DNA of 44,841 nt, from assembly GCA_964393715.1 (NCBI GenBank), contig CAYMVE010000003.1:1-44841 (forward strand), given 5' to 3'. Below the pieces are notes generated by a model that did no database searches, was not told the origin of the DNA, and saw only the letters and a list, made by a program, of their open reading frames with translations. Positions 35,997 to 44,841 of the stretch are shown here, in pieces; position 1 is the first letter of the stretch; every line of letters begins with the position of its first letter. The position numbers and the translations under genes were made by a program. The stretch comes from an uncultured Bacteroidales bacterium (lineage in GTDB: Bacteria > Bacteroidota > Bacteroidia > Bacteroidales > JALTDM01).

Positions 35997-37724
35997 CTAA
36001 GGCACATCCGCTACAACAAATTTCCCGGAATATACGCGGGTATTATTGGTTATTCTAAACAAATAGATACCATTTTTCAGGAATAATCCGACCGATTGGG
36101 TATTGAAAGCCAAGTCCCGGCTTTCTAAGATTTGCCCGCTAGAAGAAATTATCTGTAACTTCCCCGATACCGGAGAAGAAAAATGAAGTGCGCCCCGTGC
36201 ATAAAATACTTGAATGTCTTTTTGATAGACATGGGATACACTTAAAGAATTGGCTTGAATTTTTATGGAATAGGGAGTAAGGTATGTTAGAGGGGTTGCA
36301 TGTCCCAGTATTTTTAGATAGCACATGGTATCCGGTTCGGATGGGGTAAATGTTATTTGTGCGGGCAAATAAAAAATGTTTTCGGCATGGATTAATTGGT
36401 GTTGGTTGTCGTATATTTCTATTCTCCCGATTCCGGATTCGATATGGTCTAAGGTTACGGTATAAGAGTAGCCCGGTGTAGTTTTAATAAAAAAAGCATC
36501 TTCGTCCAAATCATTCATTCCGGGTTGATAGGTTACAAATTCAATGTATTGAGTGTCCGGTTTTAATTCGTAGGAAAAGTTCCATTGACCGGGAACATCC
36601 AATGCCCTGATTATCGTGTAATAATCGTCAGGCTCCGAGGTGTGAAAAACATCCGTCAGCATGGTATCCGCAATGCCCAACGGAGCGGGAATGGTATCCA
36701 CTCGTAACCACTGACAACTTATTTCTACGGCACCATCCCCAACAAGACCGTTCCACTGACTCCAAATGGAAGTAACCCACAGATAAGGAATGTTTTCCGG
36801 TAGGGGCATAGCCGGATTGTCATAGGTAGCAAAATCCACCCCTATAATATTATCCGTTGTACTGCCATTACAATTGATGTCATTATTGTAAAAAGTGGTA
36901 TTGTCATCCGTAGAAGCAATACAGTTTTCATTCCCGCCGAACAAATAAATTCCCACAGGGGAACCGTTGCAATTGGTATAAGAATCGTAAGCCCATTTTA
37001 AGTCTCTGACAGCTTCCGATTTATCGTTAAGCACGCTGGACTTGGTTGGATCCAACCCGGTATTTGATCCAAGATGCGGCGTACCAAGCGTAATGACTTT
37101 GGCAACTTTGTGTCCTTTTTCTTGAAACGGATTTATCCAATTGATGTGTGTGTGGGCACTATTGGTGCGTTGCAGATATTCACGAATAGCCATCCCCCCC
37201 ATCGAATGCCCAACCAATACGACCTTGTCGGCACCGGTAAAATCCAGTACCTCCCGAATCATTTGTGCCAAAGCATATCCTTGCTTATAAATAGCCGCTT
37301 GGTCGCTCAAATCAAAATAGTCATTCCAAAATCCGTTAGCACCCCGAATGCGTTCCTCTTGAAAGTTAATGGCAAAAATATTGGAGGGGCTCCAACCGTC
37401 TTGCATATCATCTATGTCGTCGGCATAGTTGCGTCTTCCCACATTGATATAACACCCTCCGTATTCAAAATCTTCCCATTTTACATCTTCACTCATTAGG
37501 GCGGTTGCTTTGTCGTTGTCGGCATTTAGAACCACATCATAAACATTGATAGGTCCCAAATGGTAGTGCTCATTCAGAAAATCCAGCGTGGTTTTGAAAG
37601 TTTTATCACTCGATTTTAATCCGTGTACAAAAATAATCGGGTACGGAAGCTTATTGATTTGGGCGATGAGGGAGAAGTTCATCAGAACGACCAAATGCAA
37701 TAAAAAAAGAACCAGTTTTTTCAT
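35997..37724 (-). CDS. Secreted alpha/beta-hydrolase (lipase-like) with T9SS C-terminal domain
   Basis: Signal peptide, nucleophile elbow VGHSMGG, and a C-terminal sorting-domain pattern (GIYLFRITNNTRVYSGKFVV). Confidence 0.8.
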   Translation of the reverse strand: MKKLVLFLLHLVVLMNFSLIAQINKLPYPIIFVHGLKSSDKTFKTTLDFLNEHYHLGPINVYDVVLNADNDKATALMSEDVKWEDFEYGGCYINVGRRNYADDIDDMQDGWSPSNIFAINFQEERIRGANGFWNDYFDLSDQAAIYKQGYALAQMIREVLDFTGADKVVLVGHSMGGMAIREYLQRTNSAHTHINWINPFQEKGHKVAKVITLGTPHLGSNTGLDPTKSSVLNDKSEAVRDLKWAYDSYTNCNGSPVGIYLFGGNENCIASTDDNTTFYNNDINCNGSTTDNIIGVDFATYDNPAMPLPENIPYLWVTSIWSQWNGLVGDGAVEISCQWLRVDTIPAPLGIADTMLTDVFHTSEPDDYYTIIRALDVPGQWNFSYELKPDTQYIEFVTYQPGMNDLDEDAFFIKTTPGYSYTVTLDHIESGIGRIEIYDNQHQLIHAENIFYLPAQITFTPSEPDTMCYLKILGHATPLTYLTPYSIKIQANSLSVSHVYQKDIQVFYARGALHFSSPVSGKLQIISSSGQILESRDLAFNTQSVGLFLKNGIYLFRITNNTRVYSGKFVVADVP

Positions 37725-37931
37725 AACATAATCTTTTTCAACAAGTCAAATATACAAAATTTTGAGAAATCAGAGGAATGTTCGGCTTAAAAACATACCT
37801 TGAGGATGTAGCTTTGACTCTTGAATTTTATTCAGTTGTGAAGTGAATTAACCAATGTGTCTTTATTATGAGAAAAAATTATTACAATAATGGTTTATAT
37901 ATAAAAAAAATCCCCAATTTTGCATGCGAAA

Positions 37932-38017
37932 TCTCATTGTGGGGTGCCTTAATATTACGGGCTGAGATCATACCCATTGAACCTGATCCGGATAATACCG
38001 GCGAAGGGACAATGAGA
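37932..38017 (+). promoter_or_regulatory. TPP (THI-box) riboswitch
   Basis: Perfect 9-bp P1 stem (tctcattgt / acaatgaga) enclosing GGGGTGC...GCTGAGA...ACCC...GAACCTGATCCGGATAATACCGGCGAAGGGA, which matches the THI element consensus. It ends 83 nt upstream of the receptor gene. Confidence 0.9.
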
Positions 38018-38099
38018 ATGATGATTTCAGAACTACTTACAACTAAAAAATCCCGATCACATTTTATTAGCGCCTCCACAATGGTAAATTTTTGGAAAA

Positions 38100-40571
38100 A
38101 TGATGAAAAAAAGTATTTTATTTTTGTTGTTGGCCGTGCTAGGCATGGCGGCAACCCAGGCGCAAAAATTTACCGTGGAAGGTATTGTGAAAAATCCGGA
38201 CGGAAAACCGGTATCAGGAGCAACCGTAGTGCTAGCCAACACTTATTACTCTACCATTACCAGCAGTAAAGGGGAGTTCAAACTCAAGGTAAAGCAAGGA
38301 GAATATACCTTGGTGGTCGGACACATTAGTTACCGGACTTACAAAACTTCCGTAACAGTAAATAAGGATGTAAAATTAACCATTACCCTGCAACCCAAGA
38401 CTTTCATTACCGAAGAAGTAATTGTATCTGCCCAAAAAGCCGACAAGGAAATCCCCTTACCCAAATCCAACATTCCGAAAAAACGAATAAGCCAACTAAA
38501 CGAAGGACAAGATATGCCGTTTATTTTGAACACACTCCCTTCGGTCATAACCACAACAGATGCCGGAAACGGCGTAGGATATACCGGAATAAGAATCAGA
38601 GGTATTGACACAAGGGGTATCAATGTAACCATAAACGGCATCCCCTTGAATGACGCCGAATCACAAGGAGTATGGTGGGTTGATTTGCCGGATTTGGCAG
38701 CCAATTCGGAAAACATTCAGGTACAAAGAGGGGTAGGCACCTCCACAAACGGGGCAGGTGCTTTCGGCTCCACCATCAATATACAAACTACCGCCACCAG
38801 CAAAAAACCTTATGCGGAAGGTACCCTGAACTACGGAAGTTTTAACACTTCCAGATACAATGTAAAAGCAGGTACCGGAATTATGGACAGTGTTTTTGCC
38901 GTAGATTTGAGCATGTCAAAAATTCACAGTGACGGATTTATAGACCGGGCTTATTCCAATCTTAAATCATTAGCATTGACCGCATCTTATTACGGCAAAA
39001 ACAGTTTGTTGAAGTTTGTATTGCTTACCGGAAAAGAAAAGACATTCCAATCGTGGTGGGGTATTCCCAAAGAAGATTTTGACGCAGGAAATTATACCGA
39101 AAACCACTACAAGTACGACAATGCCACAGATAATTACCAACAAGACCATTATCAACTGCATTATTCCAAAAAAATCACGGACGAACTTTCGCTCAATGCC
39201 GCCCTGCATTATACCTACGGAAGAGGTTATTATGAAAATTACAAAGACGGGAAAACCTTATCAAGATATTTGAGGCATCCGGTGGTTTTTCCGGGAGAAC
39301 CGGATACCATAATCACACAAAACAACGATACGGTAATAGATTTTCCGGATACGGTATATAGCGGGGATTTAGTCTGGCAAAAATGGCTGGATAACGACTT
39401 TTACGGAGCGACATTTTCGGTAAAGTACGATAATAATTATTTGAACATAATAGCCGGCGGTGCAGGAAATGTATATGACGGAAGACATTTCGGAAAAATA
39501 ATTTGGGGACAATTTATTGGGAGTAACAATCTTAAAACCGATTCCGTCATACAAAAAGATATCGAATGGTACAGAGGCCAAAGTATCAAAACCGATTACA
39601 ATGTATTCGTAAAAGCCAATTGGTTTGTCAATGAAAAGATTAATGTTTACGGCGACTTTCAAGTAAGGAGTATTTCTCACAAAATGAACGGTTACGAAGA
39701 CGACAGCACAGAATACGACATTTCCGCAAATTATGTGTTTATCAATCCGAAAGCAGGTGTGTCGTATCATTTTTCCGACAAATTGAATTTTTATGCGTTT
39801 GCAGGTATTTCACACCGGGAACCCAACAGGGATGATTTTATAGGATACAATCATTTTTATTCTAAGGAAATCAAACCGGAACAACTTCTCGATATTGAAA
39901 CCGGTGTCAATTATTCTGCAAAAAATATTCGTTTAAACCTCAACCTGTATCGCATGGATTACGAAAATCAACTCATAAACACAGGAGAACTGAATGATGT
40001 GGGAAATCCCGTGAGAATAAATGTGCCGAAAAGTTTCCGCCAGGGGATAGAAACGGAAATCTCCGTAAAGCCTGTCCAAAAACTTGAAATAGCTCTTAAT
40101 GCGACCATAAGTAGCAATAAAATTCAAAGTGAGTTTGTAAGGTATTATGATCAATATGATGAAAACTGGAACTGGACAGGTTCCGTAGCGGATACCGTAA
40201 GAAACGGTGTATTGCCTTATTCTCCCGGATTGATAGCCGGATTATATGTGGATTATGCTCCTGTAAAAGGATTACACTTGTCGGTACTGGAAAAATATGT
40301 GTCTAAACAATATTTGGATAATACGGGAAATCCGGAAAGCACACTCCCTGCATATCATACTACGACATTGAAGATAGCATACAACTTTTCATTGGGCAAG
40401 TTTCAAAATATTTCGGTATTTGCTTCGGCACACAACCTGTTACAAAGCAAACCGTTCCCGACTAACGGGTGGGTATATCCCTACTATATGGGCAACACTA
40501 TGTACAACGACATAGCCTACTATCCCGAAGCCGTAAGATACTTTAATGCCGGGATTAGTATCAAGTTCTAA
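38100..40571 (+). CDS. TonB-dependent receptor (riboswitch-controlled, probable thiamine/thiamine-precursor uptake)
   Basis: Signal peptide, N-terminal CarboxypepD_reg domain, plug region (GIRIRGI..RGINVTINGIPLND), a long beta-barrel and a terminal aromatic residue (ISIKF). Confidence 0.88.
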   Translation: MMKKSILFLLLAVLGMAATQAQKFTVEGIVKNPDGKPVSGATVVLANTYYSTITSSKGEFKLKVKQGEYTLVVGHISYRTYKTSVTVNKDVKLTITLQPKTFITEEVIVSAQKADKEIPLPKSNIPKKRISQLNEGQDMPFILNTLPSVITTTDAGNGVGYTGIRIRGIDTRGINVTINGIPLNDAESQGVWWVDLPDLAANSENIQVQRGVGTSTNGAGAFGSTINIQTTATSKKPYAEGTLNYGSFNTSRYNVKAGTGIMDSVFAVDLSMSKIHSDGFIDRAYSNLKSLALTASYYGKNSLLKFVLLTGKEKTFQSWWGIPKEDFDAGNYTENHYKYDNATDNYQQDHYQLHYSKKITDELSLNAALHYTYGRGYYENYKDGKTLSRYLRHPVVFPGEPDTIITQNNDTVIDFPDTVYSGDLVWQKWLDNDFYGATFSVKYDNNYLNIIAGGAGNVYDGRHFGKIIWGQFIGSNNLKTDSVIQKDIEWYRGQSIKTDYNVFVKANWFVNEKINVYGDFQVRSISHKMNGYEDDSTEYDISANYVFINPKAGVSYHFSDKLNFYAFAGISHREPNRDDFIGYNHFYSKEIKPEQLLDIETGVNYSAKNIRLNLNLYRMDYENQLINTGELNDVGNPVRINVPKSFRQGIETEISVKPVQKLEIALNATISSNKIQSEFVRYYDQYDENWNWTGSVADTVRNGVLPYSPGLIAGLYVDYAPVKGLHLSVLEKYVSKQYLDNTGNPESTLPAYHTTTLKIAYNFSLGKFQNISVFASAHNLLQSKPFPTNGWVYPYYMGNTMYNDIAYYPEAVRYFNAGISIKF

Positions 40572-40596
40572 TTGCTTGATTTTTTGCGTTGTAGAA

Positions 40597-40627
40597 ACCC
40601 CGTTACTTCCGGTAACGGGTTTTTTTA
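40597..40627 (+). terminator. Rho-independent terminator
   Basis: cccgttac (40599-40606) pairs with gtaacggg (40612-40619) and is followed by TTTTTTT. Confidence 0.75.
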
Positions 40628-40672
40628 TGAAAAGAATTTTTGTGGAAAATATTTATTGATTAAAAAAAGTGT

Positions 40673-40680
40673 TAAATTTG
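40673..40680 (+). promoter_or_regulatory. Candidate -7 promoter box (TAaaTTTG) for tRNA-Ala
   Basis: TAAATTTG ends 15 nt upstream of the tRNA 5' end. Confidence 0.5.
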
Positions 40681-40695
40681 TGCGACGATGTTAAT

Positions 40696-40769
40696 GGGGC
40701 ATTAGCTCAGTTGGCTAGAGCGCTTGACTGGCAGTCAAGAGGTCAGCGGTTCGAATCCGCTATGCTCCA
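40696..40769 (+). tRNA. tRNA-Ala: tRNA-Ala (anticodon GGC)
   Basis: Hand-folded cloverleaf. Acceptor GGGGCAT/ATGCTCC includes the G3:U70 alanine identity pair. Anticodon stem CTTGA/TCAAG with loop CTGGCAG. T-arm AGCGG-TTCGAAT-CCGCT. Confidence 0.9.
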
Positions 40770-40820
40770 CAAAATGTTGTAAAACATATAATTTTCCGTT
40801 TTACCTTTAATCATTCTTAT

Positions 40821-40828
40821 TATATTTG
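40821..40828 (+). promoter_or_regulatory. Candidate -7 promoter box (TAtaTTTG)
   Basis: TATATTTG lies 28 nt upstream of the ATG at 40856. Confidence 0.45.
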
Positions 40829-40855
40829 CATTTGTAACGAAAAACTTTTTTAATA

Positions 40856-41854
40856 ATGAAAACAAACATAAACACTCAATTTGCAGGTTTGACACTCAAA
40901 AGCCCTATCATAATAGGAGCTTCCGGAATGACAAGCGATGTAAAACATTTTAAAGACTTTGAAGATCACGGTGCCGGTGCTATTGTGTTGAAATCCATCT
41001 TTGAAGAAGAAATTGTATTTGAGTTCAACAATTTTCTTAGAGAAGCGGAAGAATACGGATACGACAATGAATTTGTAGATTATTTCGATTATAAACTCAA
41101 ACAAGACAATATAACCAAATATATTGACCTTATCAAAGCAGCAAAAAACGAAGTGAATATTCCTATCATTGCCAGTGTCAATTGTATAACTTCTCGCGAA
41201 TGGCCTTATTTTGCCAAAAAAATTGAAGATGCAGGAGCCGATGCCTTGGAGCTTAACATTTTTATTTTGCCGAGCGACTTGAACAAAACAAGTTCCGATA
41301 TTGAAAAAACATATTTTGAGATTGTAGAAGCCGTTAAGAAGCAAATTAACATACCCGTAATAGTGAAAATGAGCTACTACTTCTCAAACTTGGGCAAAAT
41401 GATAGTGGATTTGTCCGAAAAAGTTGACGGACTTGTTCTTTTCAATAGATTTTACAATCCGGATATTGACATAAAAGAAAAGAAAGTAATTAACTCCAAA
41501 ATATTCAGTACTCCGGACGAGATACTGACTCCTTTGCGATGGGTAGGAATTTCATACGGAAGAGCCAAATCATCGTTGGCAGCATCAACGGGAGTACATG
41601 ACGGAACAGGATTGATTAAAATGATATTGGCAGGAGCCGATGCCGTAGAAATCGTTTCTACCATCTACAAAAACGGCATAAAGGCAATTAAGTCAATGCT
41701 TAACGAGCTTGAACAATATATGGCCGATAACGGATTTGAAACAATAGACGAAATGAAAGGTTTGGTAAGCAAAGATAAGGCTACCAATCCGGCCATGTAC
41801 GAAAGAGTACAGTTTATGCGTTATTTTAGTGACTATCACGAAGATATCTTGTAA
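40856..41854 (+). CDS. Dihydroorotate dehydrogenase-like TIM-barrel protein (non-canonical)
   Basis: Class-1 DHOD-like N-terminus (FAGLTLKSPIIIGASG) and layout. However, the ELN-LSCPN catalytic segment reads ELNIFILPS, so no Cys or Ser base sits at the aligned position. Confidence 0.75.
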   Translation: MKTNINTQFAGLTLKSPIIIGASGMTSDVKHFKDFEDHGAGAIVLKSIFEEEIVFEFNNFLREAEEYGYDNEFVDYFDYKLKQDNITKYIDLIKAAKNEVNIPIIASVNCITSREWPYFAKKIEDAGADALELNIFILPSDLNKTSSDIEKTYFEIVEAVKKQINIPVIVKMSYYFSNLGKMIVDLSEKVDGLVLFNRFYNPDIDIKEKKVINSKIFSTPDEILTPLRWVGISYGRAKSSLAASTGVHDGTGLIKMILAGADAVEIVSTIYKNGIKAIKSMLNELEQYMADNGFETIDEMKGLVSKDKATNPAMYERVQFMRYFSDYHEDIL

Positions 41855-41880
41855 CCATCATCATACGCATAACATCCCCA

Positions 41881-41915
41881 AAAGGCTGTCCAAAATGGTT
41901 GGGCAGCCTTTTTTA
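41881..41915. terminator. Rho-independent hairpin between convergent genes
   Basis: ggctgtcc (41884-41891) pairs with gggcagcc (41901-41908), with one G:T wobble. It is flanked by an A-run and a T-run. Confidence 0.65.
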
Positions 41916-41924
41916 TTGTATGCA

Positions 41925-42935
41925 TTAGAACTTAACTCCAAATTGCCAATACAACATTAAAGATTTATCAATATTATAATACCGCACATTCAAAGAGGTA
42001 TTGAAGGTTGATTCGTGATAATTGATGCCGGCATACAATTTATAACCGTCTTTTATGCCGTATTTGGCCACATTCGTAAGTATATCGCCTCTTAAAAACA
42101 AATCAACTTTTTGAGCAGCGGTATAAGAAGAATAGATGCCCACCGCTTGGGAAGCATTATCGGTTCCGGCATAATTCAGGCTATCTATCCTTGTATATTC
42201 CACCCCGATTCTGTTATGTTCTTTTTGGTAAGCCACAAATAGCGAATTATGGAACGCTTCGGCGACACTTATATAGTCGGAATACCATTTAAGTATAAAG
42301 TTATCCGGCCGGGATTCCGCATTAAAGAAAAACAACAATCCGGAAGCCGCATCTTGTTTCCTAAAAGGACCATCTCCATTGACAGCTCCCAAACTAACCG
42401 AACCTTTCTTGCCGAAAAACCTCGTAAGCCTGATTCCAAAATCTGCCGGGTTGCCCAATCGGTACATCTCTTGCAGCGTAACGGCCACAAATCGGTATCC
42501 CCAAAACTTATCCTGCACCGTTAGATATTGTTGGTTGAGCAGTTGACCGGCAGCCAGTTCGTAATTAGGGGCAAACTTCCAGTCAATTTCAGCCTGTTTC
42601 AAAAATGCCGTATATTGACTACCCTCAAAATACAATACATCCATAGGGGTTCCTAAAGTATCGGTTACCCGTATGTCGCTGGTAGTTCTGGTAACATCGT
42701 AAATAAGTTTTACCGTAACTTTGTCGGAAATTTTGGAATAATATCCGAATAATGCCGTGGATAACTCAAACCCAATGTAAGGAGCCTTCTTGTGTGCCCA
42801 ATCATAAAAAAAGCCCGTATAGATGCTACCGAAAAACTTTTGCCGCGGATACCCCGTTTTTTCCTTATTCTGAGATTTAACTGTCCCGGAAGCCGCTAAC
42901 AAAGTCAACAAAAACACTATTTTTTTCCTGAACAT
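41925..42935 (-). CDS. Hypothetical outer-membrane porin-like beta-barrel protein
   Basis: I prefer the start at MFRKKIVFLLTLLAASGTVKSQ (signal peptide). Alternating beta-strand pattern ending in a terminal aromatic residue (WQFGVKF). Confidence 0.6.
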   Translation of the reverse strand: MFRKKIVFLLTLLAASGTVKSQNKEKTGYPRQKFFGSIYTGFFYDWAHKKAPYIGFELSTALFGYYSKISDKVTVKLIYDVTRTTSDIRVTDTLGTPMDVLYFEGSQYTAFLKQAEIDWKFAPNYELAAGQLLNQQYLTVQDKFWGYRFVAVTLQEMYRLGNPADFGIRLTRFFGKKGSVSLGAVNGDGPFRKQDAASGLLFFFNAESRPDNFILKWYSDYISVAEAFHNSLFVAYQKEHNRIGVEYTRIDSLNYAGTDNASQAVGIYSSYTAAQKVDLFLRGDILTNVAKYGIKDGYKLYAGINYHESTFNTSLNVRYYNIDKSLMLYWQFGVKF

Positions 42936-43220
42936 TTCCTGCACATTTACCAATTTTGATTCCAAAAGTACACGAAATATTTTATGTCCCGCCACCTTAG
43001 TCTGTAATTTTTTAAGCAACCTACCCTAACCAATGTTATTATGATGAGTGAACTGTTCATTTCTATTGACACAACCCCTCCAAAATGAAACATCCACTCA
43101 TTTTACCCCCAGTTTTAAAAAAAACAGAAAGAAAGGAGGTGAAATCAGCACCTTTAAGCAGCTATTGGAAGAAAAAAACATTTTTTTTGGAAAAATTGTT
43201 TTGCGTATTAAAAAAAGCCT

Positions 43221-43228
43221 TATCTTTG
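43221..43228 (+). promoter_or_regulatory. Candidate -7 promoter box (TAtcTTTG) for tRNA-Asp
   Basis: TATCTTTG ends 20 nt upstream of the tRNA 5' end. Confidence 0.55.
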
Positions 43229-43248
43229 CACGCACAAAATTAGTTGTT

Positions 43249-43322
43249 GGTCCGGTAGTTCAGCTGGTTAGAATGCATGCCTGTCACGCATGAGGTCGCG
43301 GGTTCGAGTCCCGTCCGGACCG
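43249..43322 (+). tRNA. tRNA-Asp: tRNA-Asp (anticodon GTC)
   Basis: Hand-folded cloverleaf. Acceptor GGTCCGG/CCGGACC, anticodon stem CATGC/GCATG with loop CTGTCAC, T-arm GCGGG-TTCGAGT-CCCGT. Confidence 0.9.
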
Positions 43323-43326
43323 CCTG

Positions 43327-43354
43327 AAAAAGCTCTCTTCGGAGGGCTTTTTTA
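43327..43354 (+). terminator. Rho-independent terminator after tRNA-Asp
   Basis: agctctc (43331-43337) pairs with gagggct (43342-43348), with one G:U wobble, around a ttcg loop. It is followed by TTTTT. Confidence 0.7.
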
Positions 43355-43492
43355 GTTTGCAGCGAGTTCATTTTTTTCTCCAAATATGACATTTTGTCGC
43401 ACTTGCGTGTACGGTTGTTGTCAAGATGTCCTACTTTTAGAAAGGAATTTTTTTTGCTATACCGTTTGTGGTAAACAAAAAAATGTAAGACT

Positions 43493-44440
43493 ATGAAAAA
43501 TAGGGTTTTAGTAATGGCCGGATTGTTGTCGGCATTAATAATGACGAGTTGTTCAAATGGCGGAACAACCAAACAACAAAGCGGTAAAGATACGGTATCA
43601 ACCATACAAAAAGTGGATACCTTAGAGATGTCGCAAGACACGATTGACGCCAGAATTATGAAAGATGTAATGGCTGAAATAGCAAAACGGAGACTGGAAT
43701 TAACGAAAGAAGCCATTTCTTCTGTCAGTGAAACGGAAAATCTTATAAGGCTTATTGAATCCGACAAAGCGGAAGAGGCAAAGAAAAAAGGACAGGAACT
43801 GATAGGAAAACTGGAATTACTGTTGGCCAAAGACAGCACTTTGAATCTTATACCGGTAGATGTTACCTACCAACGCAAGGAATTGGTAAGTGATATGGAA
43901 ACGGTAAATTCGCTTGTGGACGATGCCGAAAAAGCATTTGACGAAGGTTATTATCAAGCCGCAGCAGATATATTGGAAAAATTGAAAAGTGAGATAGTAA
44001 TTCGTACTACTTACATACCTCTTGCCACCTATCCGGACGGAATAAAAACATCGTTACTATTGTTGGATAATGGTGATACGGCAGGTTCTTTGGCTGTGTT
44101 ACAACAAGTGTTAAGTAGTGTGGTGGTGGGCGAAACCGTGCTGCCGTTACCGGTGCTTAATGCCGAACAAATGGTAATAGAAGCATCAGCTGTATATGAT
44201 AAAGACAAAAATAATACGGAAAAAATACTCAACTTGTTGGATAATGCCGATTATCAGCTGAAATTGGCCGAAGCAATGGGATATGGGAAAAAAGATAAAG
44301 ACTACCAATACTTGGCAGATTCTATCCGGGAATTGAAAAAGTCCGTATCGGAAAAGAAAGACAGTAAATCGTTATTCAACAATTTGAAGCAGAAAATACA
44401 TGAATTCAAGGACAGGCTTTTCCCTATAAACCGGAAATAA
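43493..44440 (+). CDS. Hypothetical alpha-helical lipoprotein (possibly YfdX-like)
   Basis: Lipobox (LSALIMTSC). The protein looks helix-rich and is rich in Ala/Glu/Lys/Leu. The YfdX resemblance is only my impression from composition and layout. Confidence 0.55.
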   Translation: MKNRVLVMAGLLSALIMTSCSNGGTTKQQSGKDTVSTIQKVDTLEMSQDTIDARIMKDVMAEIAKRRLELTKEAISSVSETENLIRLIESDKAEEAKKKGQELIGKLELLLAKDSTLNLIPVDVTYQRKELVSDMETVNSLVDDAEKAFDEGYYQAAADILEKLKSEIVIRTTYIPLATYPDGIKTSLLLLDNGDTAGSLAVLQQVLSSVVVGETVLPLPVLNAEQMVIEASAVYDKDKNNTEKILNLLDNADYQLKLAEAMGYGKKDKDYQYLADSIRELKKSVSEKKDSKSLFNNLKQKIHEFKDRLFPINRK

Positions 44441-44472
44441 AACAAAAATATCCGATTACGGAATTGATTAAA

Positions 44473-44508
44473 AGCGGGATACCCCTTGGGGGTATCCCGC
44501 TTTTTTTA
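44473..44508. terminator. Rho-independent hairpin
   Basis: A 13-bp stem, agcgggatacccc (44473-44485) pairing with ggggtatcccgct (44489-44501), followed by TTTTTT. Confidence 0.8.
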
Positions 44509-44591
44509 TGGTTTCAATTTACCATTAATGCGCTAAAGTCTTGAAAAAAACCAACCTTCTACGGGAAACGAACACTTGTTTTCAAAAAAAA

Positions 44592-44841
44592 TCCGTTCAC
44601 GGAAAGCCTGTAAGCCGGATTCTGTCATTACCCTTGGGTAATGTTCCATCATTTATCTGGTGCAGCCTACCCTCCTGCTTGGGCGGAGCCACCCTCAAAC
44701 GCAGGTTTACTTGGCCTTGCAGCCCGCAGGTGGTACGGCTACCGTTGTTGCCAACGGCACCGGTGGGCTCTTACCCCACCTTTCCACCCTTGCCGGTTTC
44801 CGAAGAAACTTAGGCGGTTATTTTCTGCTACCACTACTTGC
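44592..44841 (-). ncRNA. rnpB: RNase P RNA, bacterial type A (3' portion; 5' end lies beyond window)
   Basis: The reverse complement contains the universally conserved blocks GCAAGGGTGGAAAGGTGGGGTAAGAGCCCACCG, GCAAGGCCAA, GGGTAGGCTGC, AGATAAATGA and ACAGAATCCGGCTTAC. These appear in the same order as in E. coli M1 RNA. The 3' boundary is approximate. Confidence 0.9.

Noticed and set aside
37868-38269. 133-aa plus-strand ORF upstream of and overlapping the TonB-dependent receptor
   Set aside because: It spans the TPP riboswitch aptamer and is out of frame with the receptor start. The riboswitch explains the sequence conservation there.
43240-43839. 199-aa minus-strand ORF
   Set aside because: It overlaps tRNA-Asp and its terminator, and it runs antisense to the lipoprotein gene at 43493-44440. 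The translation is Ser/Phe/Leu-rich with no motifs.

Overview
The window is a chromosomal segment that looks like Bacteroidota. Three things support this: several T9SS C-terminal sorting domains, TAnnTTTG -7 promoter boxes upstream of many genes and all three tRNAs, and a TPP riboswitch in front of a TonB-dependent receptor. I cannot name a species from sequence alone.

Gene content from left to right:
- a repeat-rich adhesin or tail-fibre-like surface protein (5' partial) followed by a small T9SS cargo protein
- a glycogen pair (GT4-type synthase and amylo-alpha-1,6-glucosidase)
- a large periplasmic propeller/Y_Y_Y sensor fused to a PP2C/SpoIIE phosphatase
- a housekeeping block: fabG, ppa, tRNA-Gln, fabI, greA, HIT
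- a tightly packed 12-gene minus-strand cluster of about 10.8 kb (13361-24156), described below
- dnaN
- a run of exported or T9SS-secreted hydrolases (endonuclease I, esterase, C25 gingipain-like peptidase, lipase)
- a TPP riboswitch with a TonB-dependent receptor
- tRNA-Ala, a DHOD-like protein, a porin-like protein, tRNA-Asp and a helical lipoprotein
- the 3' two-thirds of RNase P RNA, running off the window end

The 12-gene cluster is the most interesting region. It encodes a Tat-exported Psr/Phs-type molybdopterin oxidoreductase (A, B and C subunits), a split YeeE/YedE sulfur-transport pair, three tandem rhodanese-fold exported proteins, tatA, tatC, mobA, and a polytopic-membrane::THEP1-like NTPase fusion.

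All three rhodanese proteins end in the identical tail KRKKKQEGGGGCE. The tail sits on a low-complexity tether and its coding sequence is nearly identical at the DNA level in all three genes. Three of the four rhodanese domains have lost the canonical catalytic-loop cysteine. I read the tail as a SoxY/DsrC-like swinging-arm cysteine sulfur carrier that serves the reductase and/or the YeeE channels. This is an inference from sequence and needs comparative and biochemical testing.
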